A stretch of DNA of 64,000 nt, from contig CP089275.1 in the NCBI GenBank assembly GCA_023920165.1, forward strand, positions 434,001 through 498,000, read 5' to 3'. The stretch is from Curvularia clavata (lineage: Eukaryota). How positions within the stretch are numbered: position 1 is the stretch's first letter; the number at the start of each line of letters is the position of its first letter. The position numbers were made by a program, and so were the translations under genes. Shown one piece after another: positions 63,457 to 64,000 of this stretch. The notes below the pieces were generated by a model. That model had not been told where the DNA came from, did not search any database, and was given only the letters and a program-made list of their open reading frames with translations.

Positions 63457-64000
63457 GATTCACCCATGTACGAGTCATGAGGCTCGTAAATATACAAACA
63501 TGCCGCGCTTTATGTCAAAGTTTGCCTTGATTCGAGGATTTTCTGAGGTCACTTACGAACACAGCCCAGCACAGGGTATTAACACGTCGTTCAATGTTGT
63601 CGGTATACATGAGCCCAAGCCAAACAAGCTCTCTGAAGAAGAGATAGCGAGTGCCTCCCTAGCTTGGATTGTAACCTGAGCGCATGATGCGTGCTATTCT
63701 GCACCTTTGGCCTTATCATCTGTGGCGGGGCGTTTGTTTAGTATGATAGAAATAAGATCCTTGTATCACATAGCGCTAGTACTTTGGATTAGATGAGTAT
63801 GCACGTATACGTTTAGGTCGGCGACATAGCTGTGGTGCATAACAGACTTGTACGGAAGCTTCTTTGTCATAATCATTTCCTTTGTAATATTGAATGACTT
63901 TGATGTTGATAACTATATTATAAATACAAAAGAGAGTAGAGAAGCAGTGCAATAGATCAATGCTATGCGATTCCGGATACATGATTCTATGCTCTTGACC

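Noticed and set aside
1..64000. Starship captain (DUF3435) or another tyrosine recombinase
   Set aside because: I found no ORF with recognisable recombinase features, so the region cannot be called a Starship from this window alone.

Overview
Intron-containing filamentous-ascomycete DNA showing RIP-type C>T/G>A damage; it looks like an accessory region. Immunity and cell-death genes: a chimeric ~1,900-aa NLR (C2H2-like / NB-ARC / patatin / NB-ARC / TPR), an S8 protease next to a gasdermin, two HET-domain genes, a HET-NACHT-WD40 NLR and a sacsin-type ATPase with a C-terminal nuclease-like domain. Metabolic and regulatory genes: a DHDPS-family aldolase, P5C dehydrogenase, TDT transporter, TRI12-type MFS transporter, P450, homogentisate dioxygenase, a C2H2/Zn2Cys6 TF and an MBL hydrolase. 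There are two pogo/Fot1 elements and two Tc1-like relics. The main unexplained structure is six copies of one intron-containing tRNA-Asp(GTC) gene. One is intact, one is a full-length pseudogene, and four have lost the same ~11 5' nucleotides, which are replaced by a shared ~75-110 bp non-tRNA arm with fixed motif spacing. Two full-tRNA/arm-tRNA pairs form direct repeats enclosing immune-gene blocks. This resembles attL/attR of tRNA-integrating islands and suggests a tRNA-Asp-targeted site-specific cassette system. I found no recombinase gene in the window, so the mechanism is inferred. Exon boundaries were derived by hand.
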